Assembly (NCBI GenBank): GCA_025558095.1
Contig: JAIVFI010000015.1
Location: forward strand, 310,001-374,000
Direction of reading: 5' to 3'
From: Hyaloraphidium curvatum SAG 235-1
Lineage: Eukaryota; Fungi; Monoblepharomycota
DNA length: 64,000 nt
Shown here: piece after piece, positions 25,553 through 36,230 of the stretch
Position numbering within the stretch: the stretch's first letter is position 1
Layout: every line of letters begins with the position of its first letter
Program-made: the position numbers and the translations under genes
Notes under the pieces: model-generated
Database searches by the model: none
What the model was told of the DNA's origin: nothing
The model's input: the letters and a program-made list of their open reading frames with translations, nothing else

Positions 25553-26797
25553 TTATCCCATGCGTTTCGAAACGTCGTCCGGCGGGTATTCCTCCTGCGC
25601 TGTGCGTCAGCCGACGGCCCTGCCGGCTCCCAGAGCAACCCACCTGAGCCCACGTCATGACCCGCTTGAGCGACTGGATCCACTTGCGCGTGGCCTCGTC
25701 GTTGAGCACGTGCGCCACCTTTGACGCGAAAATCTTCTCTCGGCCTGCCAAAAGACCGTCAGGAGGGGCTGGTAGGGCACCCAGGGTCACCGCCCACCGG
25801 ACCGCTCGTGGATGCCGACCATGGTCACGCCGATGGGCCACGGTGCATTGCCGATGCTGAGCTGGAGGTACTGGTTGTTGGCCTTCTGGTACTCCCGCTG
25901 CTGGAGGTAGACCGCCATCTCCGTCACGCGCGCCAGCACGTCCGCCTCGATCGTCTTTGTCTTTAGGCGGCGGAAAAAGGGCTGGAGAAACTCCTGGCTC
26001 TGCCGGTAATTGGTCTGCAACAGCTTGCCCTCGCGCGAGCGCTTCTGCTCGTCGGGCATGCGGTCCATGGCGCGGCCCCAGTCGCGGAGCAGGCGCCGGA
26101 AGAACACCGAGACCAGGTAGATGTTGCGGTCCTCGTCCTCCTGCAGCAGCTGCAGCGAGATGGGCGACGTGTCCACGCTGTCCAGCAGGGCGTCCTCTGC
26201 GGCGCGCCGCCGCTTTTCGTCGTCGTCCTCCAGACCGGCCTGCTTCTGCAGCGCCTCCTTGACGAGCCGCTGCTCCGTGGCCTCCATGGCGCGCCGGAAC
26301 TCGTTCGCCTGCCCGGCCTCGCCCGGCTGGTCCGCGTCCTGCGACTCGAGCAGCCGCAGACGGTTCATGCGCTGCCTGTCGGTCTCGCCGAACAGCCGTA
26401 TCGGCTCGCCGCGGGCCCGGAGCCGCTTGATGACCTCGTCGTTGGGCACCATGCGGTCGGCGGCCTCGCCGCCATTGTCCACCGCCGCGGGCGCCACCAC
26501 CGCCGGCGACGCGCTGCGCGAGCGCTCCTTGGTGGCCCGCTCGGCCTCGCGCGCCCGCTCGGCGTCCTCGCGCGCGCGTCGCGCCCTGTCCTCCTCGTCG
26601 CGCCGCAGCCGCTCGTGCACCGACTCGAGGTCGCCGCGCCGCACGTACTTCTTTGCGGGCGCGACGGCGGCGGGCGAGGCGTCCTTTGCGACGGCAATGA
26701 GCTTCCGCTTCTTCTGCACCTCCTCCTGCAGGATCTGCCGGCAAGTCAGGCCGCGTCCCGCCCCGCACCGCTCGGGGCCTGCCTTGGTGAAGTCCAT
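25553..26797 (-). CDS. PRP18: Pre-mRNA splicing factor Prp18
   Basis: EVIKRLRARGEPIRLFGETD (SFM), QREYQKANNQYLQLSIGNAPWPIGVTMVGIHERSG|REKIF..VAHVLNDEATRKWIQSLKRVMT..YPPDD. Confidence 0.95.
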
Positions 26798-26927
26798 CTC
26801 GACCGAAACAGGACCCGAAGAGGCGACCCGGCGGACAGCCCCCACTTGCCGCGCAGTCGTTGGGTATCCGCCGCGGCGATCGACGCTTGCTGCATGCCCG
26901 TCAATCAACATCACTCACCGCGAAGAT

Positions 26928-28137
26928 ATGGCCTCGCACGGGAGCCTCAAGAACGTGCCGGGCGCGGACAAGCTGAAGTTCGGACTCAACGTGCCCGTTA
27001 AGGCGGGGAAGCCCGCGGGCAACGCTCTCGCGGGCCCGCGGAACGCCCCCGGGTCCGCGCAGCGGCCGCCCCCGAAGGCCCTCTTCGGCGACGACGACGA
27101 TGCCGCGGGCGGCGCAGACGCCGCGCGGGCAAACGTCAACGCCTCGCTGCGGCGCGTGCAGGGCCACGCCGCGAAGCTGGCCGAGAAGGAGCACGAGAAG
27201 GCGCTGGAGGAGGACCCGACCGCGTTCGACTACGACGCCGTCTACGACGACATGAAGAAGGTCGAAGAGAAACGGAAGAAGGGCGCGGACGACGCACAGG
27301 CAGAGGCGAGGAAGCCGCGGTACATCGGGAACCTGCTGGCGTCGGCCCAGGAACGGAAAGCGGAGCTGCTGCGGGTGCAGGAGCGCAAGATCCAGCGGGA
27401 GCGGGAGGAGGAGAAGGAAAAGTTCGGCGAGATCGACTCGGAAAAGTTCGTGACGTCGGGCTACAAGAAGCAGATGGAGGAGCAGCGGCTCATCGAGGAG
27501 GCAGAGAGGAAGCGCGAAGGTCGGTGTCCTGCCTCGTCCACGATCTCTTCGCGACGAACCAACACTCCCCGCAGCGCTCGAGGACGTGACGAAGAAGAAG
27601 GACCTGACGGACTTTTACCGCAACGTCCTAAACACGACCACGCGGAGTGCTCCGATGCCCGGGGAGCTGAAGCGCGCCGCCGAGGGCGCGGAAGGCGGTG
27701 CGAAACCGGACGAGGAAAAGGCAAAGGCGCCGAAAGTTGGCGTCCGGCTCAACGACGCCGAGGAGGTCGTGGACAAGCGGGACCTTCTTTCTGCCGGGCT
27801 CAACGTCGTCAAGAAGCCGCAGCCCGCGGCGCGGACGGCGGATTCGGACTACCGCCCCTCGGGGCCGCGGGCGGACCAGGGCCGCGGGAGGAACCGGAGG
27901 GAGGAAGAGACGCGCCGGGCGCTGGCGATGCTCGAGGCGCAGCGGGCGGAGACCGAGGCGCAGGAGCGGAAGCGGCAGCAGGAGGAGCAGGAGGCGCTGG
28001 CCGCCAAGATGGCGCGGCACAACACGGAGGACACGATCAGCGACGCCAAGCGTCGCTATTTGGAACGGAAGAAGCAGAAGGAGGAGGAAGCAGCCGCGGC
28101 GGCCGCAGCAGCAGCAGCCGACGCACCCCCTGCATGA
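26928..28137 (+). CDS. Nuclear speckle splicing regulatory protein 1 (NSRP1/CCDC55, DUF2040)
   Basis: [81 protein letters not shown]. Confidence 0.88.
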
Positions 28138-28326
28138 CGACTTGCGATACCAGATACCCGACAATAGTCTTGATCTTTGTCACGATGATATAGTTCATTA
28201 CCCAGGTGGTATAGAATCCCGCTCGCCATCCGTGTCTGAAGTCCGTCCCTGCCGCCCACGCCCAACCAAAAGGCCACCCTCTTCAAGAGACAGCCACCGA
28301 GAAGAACAACACCGCCAGCCCGGGCG

Positions 28327-29004
28327 CTACGCACACCCGCGGCACCCGCAATGTTGGCACTCGATGAGTTTGTTCGACTCCAATTTCGTCTGCGGCACCC
28401 TGCACACGCAGGCCGTGCCAAAGTTCGTGTCCCGGGTCTGGATGCAGCGCAGACAACAGAGACCGTCGTACCCAGGCTGAAAGCAATGTCAGTCGGTCGA
28501 ACTTCGGGGTTCTCGGCAGCAAAGCGACCAACCTTCCTCCATTTCGCGATGAGCGCCGCGTCCGCGTACTTCTCCTTGATGCACCACTCGTAGAGCTCCT
28601 TCGAGATGACCTTGCGCTTGTAGTACAGGTCGTAGATGTACCGCGACCGCTGGTGGTGCAGCTTCATGATGGGCCACATGGACTCGCTCTTGCGCTTGCC
28701 CTCGTGGGATTCGGCCTCGGCTGCGCGGACGGAGGGTGTCAGCGCCGCCCTGCTCGGCGTCGGGCAGGTCTGCGAACCTTCCCGGAGCTTCTTCGTGATC
28801 TCGATGATGGTCGGCTCCACATCTTCCCACCCGTCCGGTGCCGGCTTCGTTCGTGCCTTCTTGATCTAGTCGGGGGGGGTGGTCCGCGTGGAGGCCGACA
28901 AGTCGTTGCAGCCGGGCAGGGAGGGCCGCAAAGCGACGGCAGACGAAGCAGAGCGTAAAAATTCGTCCAAAGAGACCCTTCAAACTCACACGTACCTTGG
29001 GCAT
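28327..29004 (-). CDS. BUD31: Splicing factor Bud31/G10
   Basis: MPK|[81 protein letters not shown]-stop. Confidence 0.95.
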
Positions 29005-29127
29005 TGCTGTGAAAGAGGAGACTGTTTTTGAGCGGTCCGTGCGCGGGAAGCGGCGGCGCATGCACGGTCACGGCCGATCACACCTTGAAACCGTTTCGCT
29101 GGCTCGGATTCGGGACACGCGGCAGCG

Positions 29128-32100
29128 ATGCTAGCCGGCAACGGCCCGTCTGCGGGCGATGCCGGCGGTCGGAACGCGCCCGAGTTCGGTGAGCGCTCCC
29201 CGGGCCCGTGGAGACGCCGAACCGTCGCTGAACCCGCCGTCCCATGCGACGTCTCCCCGTCCTGCAGACAAGAAGGAGCAGCTAGGCTTCTGCTCCTTCT
29301 TTGCCGGGCTGCCCGAAGTATGTGGCGCGCTGGCGAGGCGTCGGTCGCGGGCTGACGCGCCCGCAGCCCGAGCCCAACTCAATCCGCCTCTTCGAGCGCG
29401 GCGGCGGGGAGTGGTACTCGTTCCACGGCCCAGACGCGCTCTACGTTGCCCAGAACGTGTACAAAACCACCACCGCGCTCAAATACTGGGGCAGCGAGGG
29501 CGGCTCGGTCCGCCCGCTCCCAATCTGCACGCTGTCGCGGAGCAACACGGAGGTCTTTGTGCGCGACCTCTTGGTGCAGAAGCAGCACCGCGTGGAAATT
29601 TGGCAGCCGGCGGGCAAGAACCAGTGGCGCGTCGGGAAGCGCGCCTCGCCGGGCAACCTCGGCGAGCTCGAAGACTTCCTCTTCTCCGAGACCGAGATCT
29701 CGGTCGACCCCGTGGTCGCCGCGGTCAAGCTCTCGACCAAGGGCGACCAGAAGCTGGTCGGCGTCGGTTTTGCGGATGCCTCGGCGCGCAAGCTGGGGTG
29801 CTGCGAGTTCGTCGACAACGACCTCTACTCCAACTTCGAGAGCATGCTGATCCAGATCAACGCCAAGGAGCTGGTGGTGCCGTCGGACGAAGGGCAGGCG
29901 TACGACCTGAACAAGCTCAAGCAGGCCGCGGATCGGTGCGGCTGCGTTGTCACGCTCAAGAAGAAGTCCGATTTCTCCGGCAAGGACGTGGAGCAGGACC
30001 TGTCGCGTCTCCTGCCGGAAGAGAACGTGGCAACCCTACGTGAGCGGCGTTGCTGCTGCCGCACTTGCGTAGCCAACCAGCAGCCTTCGTTGGGTTTCAG
30101 CCCAGTTCGAGCTCCGTCTCGCCATCGATGCCGTGGGCTGTCTCGTCAAGTACCTCGGGCTCATGGGGGAGGAGTCCAACTTCGGCCAGTTCTCCATCTC
30201 TACGCACGATCTCACGCAGTACGTGCGACTGGACGCCGCGGCCGTGCGCAGCTTGAACCTGGCACCAAGTCCCGGCGATTGTGCGTAGTTTATCTCGTGC
30301 TCCTTCACCTTCGCTCACTCGGCTCGACAGCTACCAAAACCGTGTCCCTCTTCAGCCTGCTCAACAACTGCAAAACCTCGCAAGGAACCCGGCTCCTGTC
30401 GCAGTATATCAAGCAGCCCCTGGTTTCCGTACCCGAAATCCTCGAGCGTCAGGACCTCGTCGAGGCGTTGGTGATCGACCAGCACCTCCGGCAGACGCTG
30501 CAGGAACGGCACCTGAAGCTTTTCCCCGACCTGCACCGCATCGGCAAAAAGTTCCAGCGCGGTAAAGCGAAGCTCGAGGATGTGGTCCGAATCTACCAGG
30601 TGGTCTGCCACCTGCCGGGTCTGAAGGACGCGCTGCTTCAGTACGACAGCGGCGTGGAAGGCGACCCGATGGTGACGGACGACGACAAATCGGCTCGGCT
30701 GTCGGAGCTCATCCACGCCAAGTGGGTCATGGAGGTCTCCGAGATCTCGGGCCAGCTCGACAAGTTCCGGGAGCTGGTGGAGGCTACGATCGACCTCGAG
30801 GCGATCGACCGGCACGAGTTTCTGATCCGTGCGACGTACGACAGCACCTTGGAAGGTGGTTGATCGCGGTGTTCCGGGCGGCTTCGTGCAGCTCATTGGA
30901 TTTCCTGCAGAGCTTAAGGAGCGAATGGACGAGGCGCAGGCGGAGATGGACCCGGAGCTGAACCGTGTTTCGCGGGACCTGGACACGGGCAAATCTAAGG
31001 GCGGTGTGAAGCTCGAGAACCGGCAGCCCTATGGCTACCACTTCCGGCTGGCCAAGAGCGAGTCCGCCGCCATCCGCAACGACAAGCGGTACATCGAACT
31101 AACAACGCAGAAGGCCGGCGTGCTGTTCACGACAAAGAAGCTGCAGGAGCTTGAGAAGCGCTACAGGGAGGCTTCCGAAGAGTACGAGGCGAAGCAGACG
31201 ACACTCGCCGCGGACGTCATCGACGTCGCTGCCTCGTACTTTGGTGTGCTGGAACGGCTCAACGCCGTGATTGCAAACTTGGACGTGATATGCAGCTTCG
31301 CTCAGGCCACGGTGACGGCCCCGACGCAGTGGATCCGGCCGAAGATTCACGCCACGGGGGCGCCGAAAGCCCAGATCGTGCTGAGCAACCTCCGGCATCC
31401 GCTACTCGAGACGACAACGGACTACATCCCCAACGACGTGACCCTTCTGCCGGAGCGGTCGTCGTTCCAGATCATCACCGGGCCAAACATGGGCGGGAAG
31501 TCGACTTTCATCCGCTCCGTGGCGATCGCCGTCATCATGGCCCAGATGGGGTGCTTCGTTCCGGCGGACGCTGAAGGCGCCGAGATTGGCTGCGTGGACG
31601 CCGTCTACTGCCGTGTCGGTGCGGGAGACAATCAGATGCGGGGAGCGTCGACGTTCATGATGGAAATGATCGAGACGGCCACGATCCTCAAGTCGTCGAC
31701 CAAGAACTCGCTCATCGTGATTGATGAGCTGGGCCGAGGCACATCGACGTACGACGGTTTTGGCCTCGCCTACGCCATCTCCCAGCACATTGCGAACCAG
31801 ATCCGCTGCTACTGCCTATTTGCCACCCACTTCCACGAGCTCACCGTGCTAGGCGATGAGATTCCGACGGTCAAGAACCTGAACGTCACGGCGCACGTTG
31901 GGAACGGGCAGCTGACGCTGCTGTACAAGGTCAAGGAGGGCGTCTGCGACCAGAGCTTTGGAATCCACGTTGCAGAGCTGGCGCAGTTCCCGGACTCGGT
32001 TGTGCGCCTTGCCAAGAAGAAGGCAGCGGAGCTGGAGGACTTCAGCGCGAAAGGTGGGGGTATGCTTGCGTGCTCACCGCGCTAAGGTCGCTGAAGCGCT

Positions 32101-32327
32101 GTCCAGGTGATGGGACACATGTCCAGCGTGTGTGGAACTCGACCAAGGACGAGATCGAGGAGGGCACGAACATCATCCGCTCTTTCTTGGAGGAGTTCAG
32201 CGCACTGGGTAACCCCATGGACCTCGACGACTCTGATGTCGCAGCGTCGCTTGACGCTTTGAAAGAGAAGTACCGGGATGCCGTTGATTCCAACGCTTTC
32301 GTACGGGAGGTTCTCGCGGAGCTTTGA
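29128..32327 (+). CDS. MSH2: DNA mismatch repair protein Msh2
   Basis: IRLFERG..YSFHGPDA, RASPGNL, DNDLYSNFES, IITGPNMGGKSTFIR, RVGAGDNQMRGASTFMMEM, DELGRGTSTYDGFGLA, FATHFHELT, DQSFGIHVAELAQFP. Confidence 0.97.
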
Positions 32328-32395
32328 ACATGGTGCCATACCACTCTCCCGGATTGGATGATACCTGCCCCTGCTATACCTGTAAAGCCCCGAAA

Positions 32396-34939
32396 TCAAT
32401 TCTTTTTCGACGTGGTGTACGTGAACGTCTTCATGGCTGATTTCGGCGCCAGATGCGCGCGAGGTTCTGCCGGCACCTTCTTCTTCTCCGTGTCACCCGC
32501 CACCTTCTTGATCTTCTTGCTCCGGTCCTCGTCCAGCACTTCAAAGTCCATCTCGTCAATGTTAAACCTAGCTTCCTTTCTCTCCCTCTTGGCCGACGGA
32601 TCCCCGAGAACTGCGTCCAAAGCGGCAGGGCGCGGAACAGCAGAGTAGTCAAACGGTTCCACGCTTCTGGTTTTGGCCTTCTTCTTCTTCTTGGCCGATG
32701 AAAGCGCGTCCCTCTGGAAGCTTTCGAGATCGTGCTTCGGTGGTTTCCTCGCTTCCATCTCGCCAGCTTTGGGGGACGGAAGAGAAACCTCGTCCCGTTC
32801 CTCCGGCACATGGTCCACCGTTGACGAAGGGACATGCGGCAGGATTGGTGACGGCTCCTCGTTCTGAGCGGGCTCAGGTGTTGCAGAAGAGGACAGAAAC
32901 GCCGCAGGTATGTGTGACCGCCTCGGCGAATCGATGTCGTCCAGTCCATCGAAGAATGTCGAGCGACGCACGAGCCCAGGAGCCGACACGGCCTTGGAAA
33001 TCACCGTAACTTTCCTCCGTGGTTTCGTCGCTTTTTCATTCGCAATGTCCTCGACCGTGCGCTTCGTGGGAACAACAGATGAAGGTTCCGGAGCGAGGTC
33101 AATTGCTGCTGTCGGCCCCTCGGGCTCCTCTGGCTCTCCCTCGGCGTCCTGACCATCCATGTCCATCGCTTCCGGCTCATCCTTGGCCCGAAACGTGGGG
33201 CTCGGCACGGTTTCCGAAGGGCGTGCCGCGTCGTCCAAAGCACCTTTAACCTCCGCCAAGAGTTCAGTCATTCTCGATCGCACCAGGGGTGGCATGGGGT
33301 TGCAGATCTTTGCCAAAGCGTGAGCGTCCACGGGAGTGGCCTCGGCAATCATCCCGAGCAGCTTCGCTGGCATGACGTAGGCGGTCGACTCATCTTCCTC
33401 CCGAGCCACGCGGTCTCTCCAGGCGTGCACACGCCTGAACACGGCAACCTGCCGTGGAACCAGGGAGCCGCGATGCTTCTCGAGTGCCTTCCGCCAACCG
33501 TTGGCTCCGCCACCAGTCGAATCGTAGGTTTCCTTCGCGTAGACCTTGAGGGCGGTTGCGGCAGACCGCTCGAGCGTGGCCGTCAGCAATTGGTGGCTTC
33601 CATCCGGTGCCAGTCTCAGGAGCTCCGTCTTCATACGGTCGTAGATGTAGTGCAGGTAATGCGTATCCGACCGGGCGTAGGCGAGCATCTCTGCCGGCAC
33701 GGGCCGGATCCGCCAGTCCGCGAGCTGGTACTTCTTGTCCGCATCTATGCCGCAGTAGAACTTCAGCAGGTAGGCGTACGAGTGCTGGGGCATTTGCAGA
33801 ACATGCGACGCGTGGTACGTGTCAAACAAGTTGACTAGGTAGACGCCGAAATCGCGCTGCAGCCACTGCACGTCCATGTCCGCGCCGTGCAGAATCTGGA
33901 GGAGCGGGTTGGAACGATGATCGGTAGACGGCGAACGGCTGCTCACCTTGACGATTCTGGGATTGGCGAAGACAGTGTTCAGGGTGTGCAAATGAGGGCG
34001 CAAAGCAAGGGCGTCCAGCACAAAGTCCTCTTCGCGGGTGCTTATCTGGATCAAGCAGATGAACCCCTGGAAACTCCGGTAAGAATGGTTCTCCGTGTCG
34101 ACAGCAATTTCGTCCGCGCGCTCGAGCTTCCCAAGCATGTTCCGAAGAGCCGGCACCGTGTCCACCCAGGTGAAAGCCGTCTGCGACATGTCCTCGACAA
34201 AACTAGGGTCCTCGGCGGGCTCAAACACGTGGTCAGGATACTCGACAGTGCCAATTTCGTGCTGGTAGGCGTGGAAAAAAGGGTCCGAAACCGCGGAAAC
34301 GTCCAGCGGCACGACAGCATGCGGCTTGTCCGTGATCTTGTGCCTAAATGGCCGCGAGCCGTCGTTGTCAATCTCATCCTCGAACCGCAGCTGCGGACGG
34401 AGCAAATGCGCCGCGTTGTAGAGTTTCGGATCGAGCCTGGCCGCCTTGTTGCGGCTCCTGGAGTCCGAGTAAACGTCGGCCGGCGACCCGTGGTCCCGCG
34501 AGGGGGTAGCTCCCTCAGCCTGAGGCGCTGCACCGAAGCTCCCCGGCAGTGCCCTTCTCCCCAGATGGACATCAATTGCGGTATCGGCTCGTTCCAGCAG
34601 GTCATCGAGGACGTCGACCACGGGCCCGAATCGGTCCAAGACGTCGTCGGCATCCTGATACTCCCGCGGCGTCTTCCGCCGTCGGGAGCCGTCCGAAGAC
34701 GCAGTCCCAGCGTACGCTAGCAGCTTGTTTGCCAGGCGCAGTACACGGTTGCCGACGGCCTTCATGCCGCTGGCAAACTCGCGGGACGATGCGGCCTGCA
34801 CCGCGAACTCGTCTGGGCGGACGAAAGCCGCAGCCTTTGTCGCGGCGACCAGTTTCGAGCACGTGGCATCGATGTACTCGTCGAACGACGGCGCATCGTC
34901 GTCACCGGCCGCCCGAGCGGCCTCCTCGGCCCCGGCCAT
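32396..34939 (-). CDS. RRP6: Nuclear exosome 3'-5' exonuclease Rrp6 (PMC2NT, DEDD, HRDC)
   Basis: RPQLRF, IAVDTENHSYRSFQGFICLIQISTR, LHGADMDVQWLQRDFG, KKYQLADWRIRP, YARSDTHYL, WRDRVAREEDES. Confidence 0.95.
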   Translation of the reverse strand: MAGAEEAARAAGDDDAPSFDEYIDATCSKLVAATKAAAFVRPDEFAVQAASSREFASGMKAVGNRVLRLANKLLAYAGTASSDGSRRRKTPREYQDADDVLDRFGPVVDVLDDLLERADTAIDVHLGRRALPGSFGAAPQAEGATPSRDHGSPADVYSDSRSRNKAARLDPKLYNAAHLLRPQLRFEDEIDNDGSRPFRHKITDKPHAVVPLDVSAVSDPFFHAYQHEIGTVEYPDHVFEPAEDPSFVEDMSQTAFTWVDTVPALRNMLGKLERADEIAVDTENHSYRSFQGFICLIQISTREEDFVLDALALRPHLHTLNTVFANPRIVKVSSRSPSTDHRSNPLLQILHGADMDVQWLQRDFGVYLVNLFDTYHASHVLQMPQHSYAYLLKFYCGIDADKKYQLADWRIRPVPAEMLAYARSDTHYLHYIYDRMKTELLRLAPDGSHQLLTATLERSAATALKVYAKETYDSTGGGANGWRKALEKHRGSLVPRQVAVFRRVHAWRDRVAREEDESTAYVMPAKLLGMIAEATPVDAHALAKICNPMPPLVRSRMTELLAEVKGALDDAARPSETVPSPTFRAKDEPEAMDMDGQDAEGEPEEPEGPTAAIDLAPEPSSVVPTKRTVEDIANEKATKPRRKVTVISKAVSAPGLVRRSTFFDGLDDIDSPRRSHIPAAFLSSSATPEPAQNEEPSPILPHVPSSTVDHVPEERDEVSLPSPKAGEMEARKPPKHDLESFQRDALSSAKKKKKAKTRSVEPFDYSAVPRPAALDAVLGDPSAKRERKEARFNIDEMDFEVLDEDRSKKIKKVAGDTEKKKVPAEPRAHLAPKSAMKTFTYTTSKKN

Positions 34940-35027
34940 TCGGGCTCGTGATGTTGACTTGTTTTCGATCACACCAGCAGTCTGTGCTCCGCAAGTAGCA
35001 GCCCGACCCCGGCCACTTGAGGCTGCC

Positions 35028-36114
35028 ATGGGGGCGGACGAAGGGGAACAACTCTTGGCGCAAGCCAAGAAGGCGGCATCGTACACGGGATGGTTCGGGG
35101 GGAACAAGCTCGACGAGGCGGCGGAGCTCTACCAGAAGGCCGCCAACCGATTCCAGCTGGCCAAGAAGTGGAAGGAGGCCGGCGACGCGTTTGTCGCGGC
35201 TGCGGAAGCGCAGATCAAGCTCCAGGAGCGCGACGAGGCCGCTTCCATCTTCGTGAACGCGTCAAAGGCCTACAAGAAGGTCAGCCCGCTAGGCGAGTCC
35301 CGTCCCGGTGTGGGCGCCTGGGGTCCCCGGTTGACAAGGCGCATGCTGGCGGATAGATGCCGTCAAGGCCTTGCAGCAGGCGGTGGACATCTATACCGAC
35401 CGGGGGAGGTTCCACCCGGCGGCTACTCAGCAGAAGGCAATCGCGGAGATTTACGAGACGGACCTGACGGATCTTGAGAATGCCATGATCGCCTACCAAA
35501 AGGCGGCGGACTGGTACTCCAGCGAAGACTCCAAAGCGTGGGTGGACTCTCCCTCTGCCAGGACCGTGGGCCCCTGACGAGCCGGCGCGCAGCCTGACGA
35601 ACAACTGCTTGCTCAAGGTTGCGCACTTTGCGGCACAGCTCGAGCGCTATCCGGAAGCGATCGAGAAGTTCGAGTCTGTGGCGGAGGCGAGCGTGGACAA
35701 CAACCTGACGAAATGGTCCGTCCGCGAGTACCTGATGAAGGCGGGGTTGTGCCATTTGGCATCGGGGGTGGGTCGATGATCCAAGCTAGCTAGTTCCAGG
35801 GAGCTTACACGTCATGCAGGATATGGTTGCCGCACACCGAGCTTTGGAAAAGTACCTGAGCATGGATGTGACGTTTGGTTCGACACGGGAGTACCAATTT
35901 TTGAAGGTGGGGTGGCATGGATTACCCCGACGCGTACACGTTGACGAATGCACTCTCGCAACAGAGCCTTCTTGAGGCCCTGGAGGCGGGCGATGTTGAT
36001 GCCTTTACGAACGTGGTGGTGGACTTTGACAGGATGACCAAGCTGGACCCCTGGAAGACCAGCATCCTGCTCAAGATGAAGAAGTCGATCGGAGAGGAGA
36101 TGAGTATCACCTGA
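35028..36114 (+). CDS. SEC17: Alpha-SNAP
   Basis: GWFGGNKLDEAAELYQKAANRFQLAKKWKEAG, GRFHPAA, YQKAADWY, KWSVREY, FDRMTKLDPWKTSILLK. Confidence 0.95.
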
Positions 36115-36133
36115 CTTCAATCACCTGACTTCA
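36106..36133. repeat. 14-bp tandem duplication spanning the SEC17 stop codon
   Basis: ATCACCTGACTTCA occurs twice in tandem. Confidence 0.9.
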
Positions 36134-36230
36134 ATCCTGGGCATCTGCGTGTACATATCTCCCTCTAATGCCGATGATCACATTCAGACCGAAACCGTGA
36201 ACAAGCTCAAACACCACGTGCAATGCTCCC

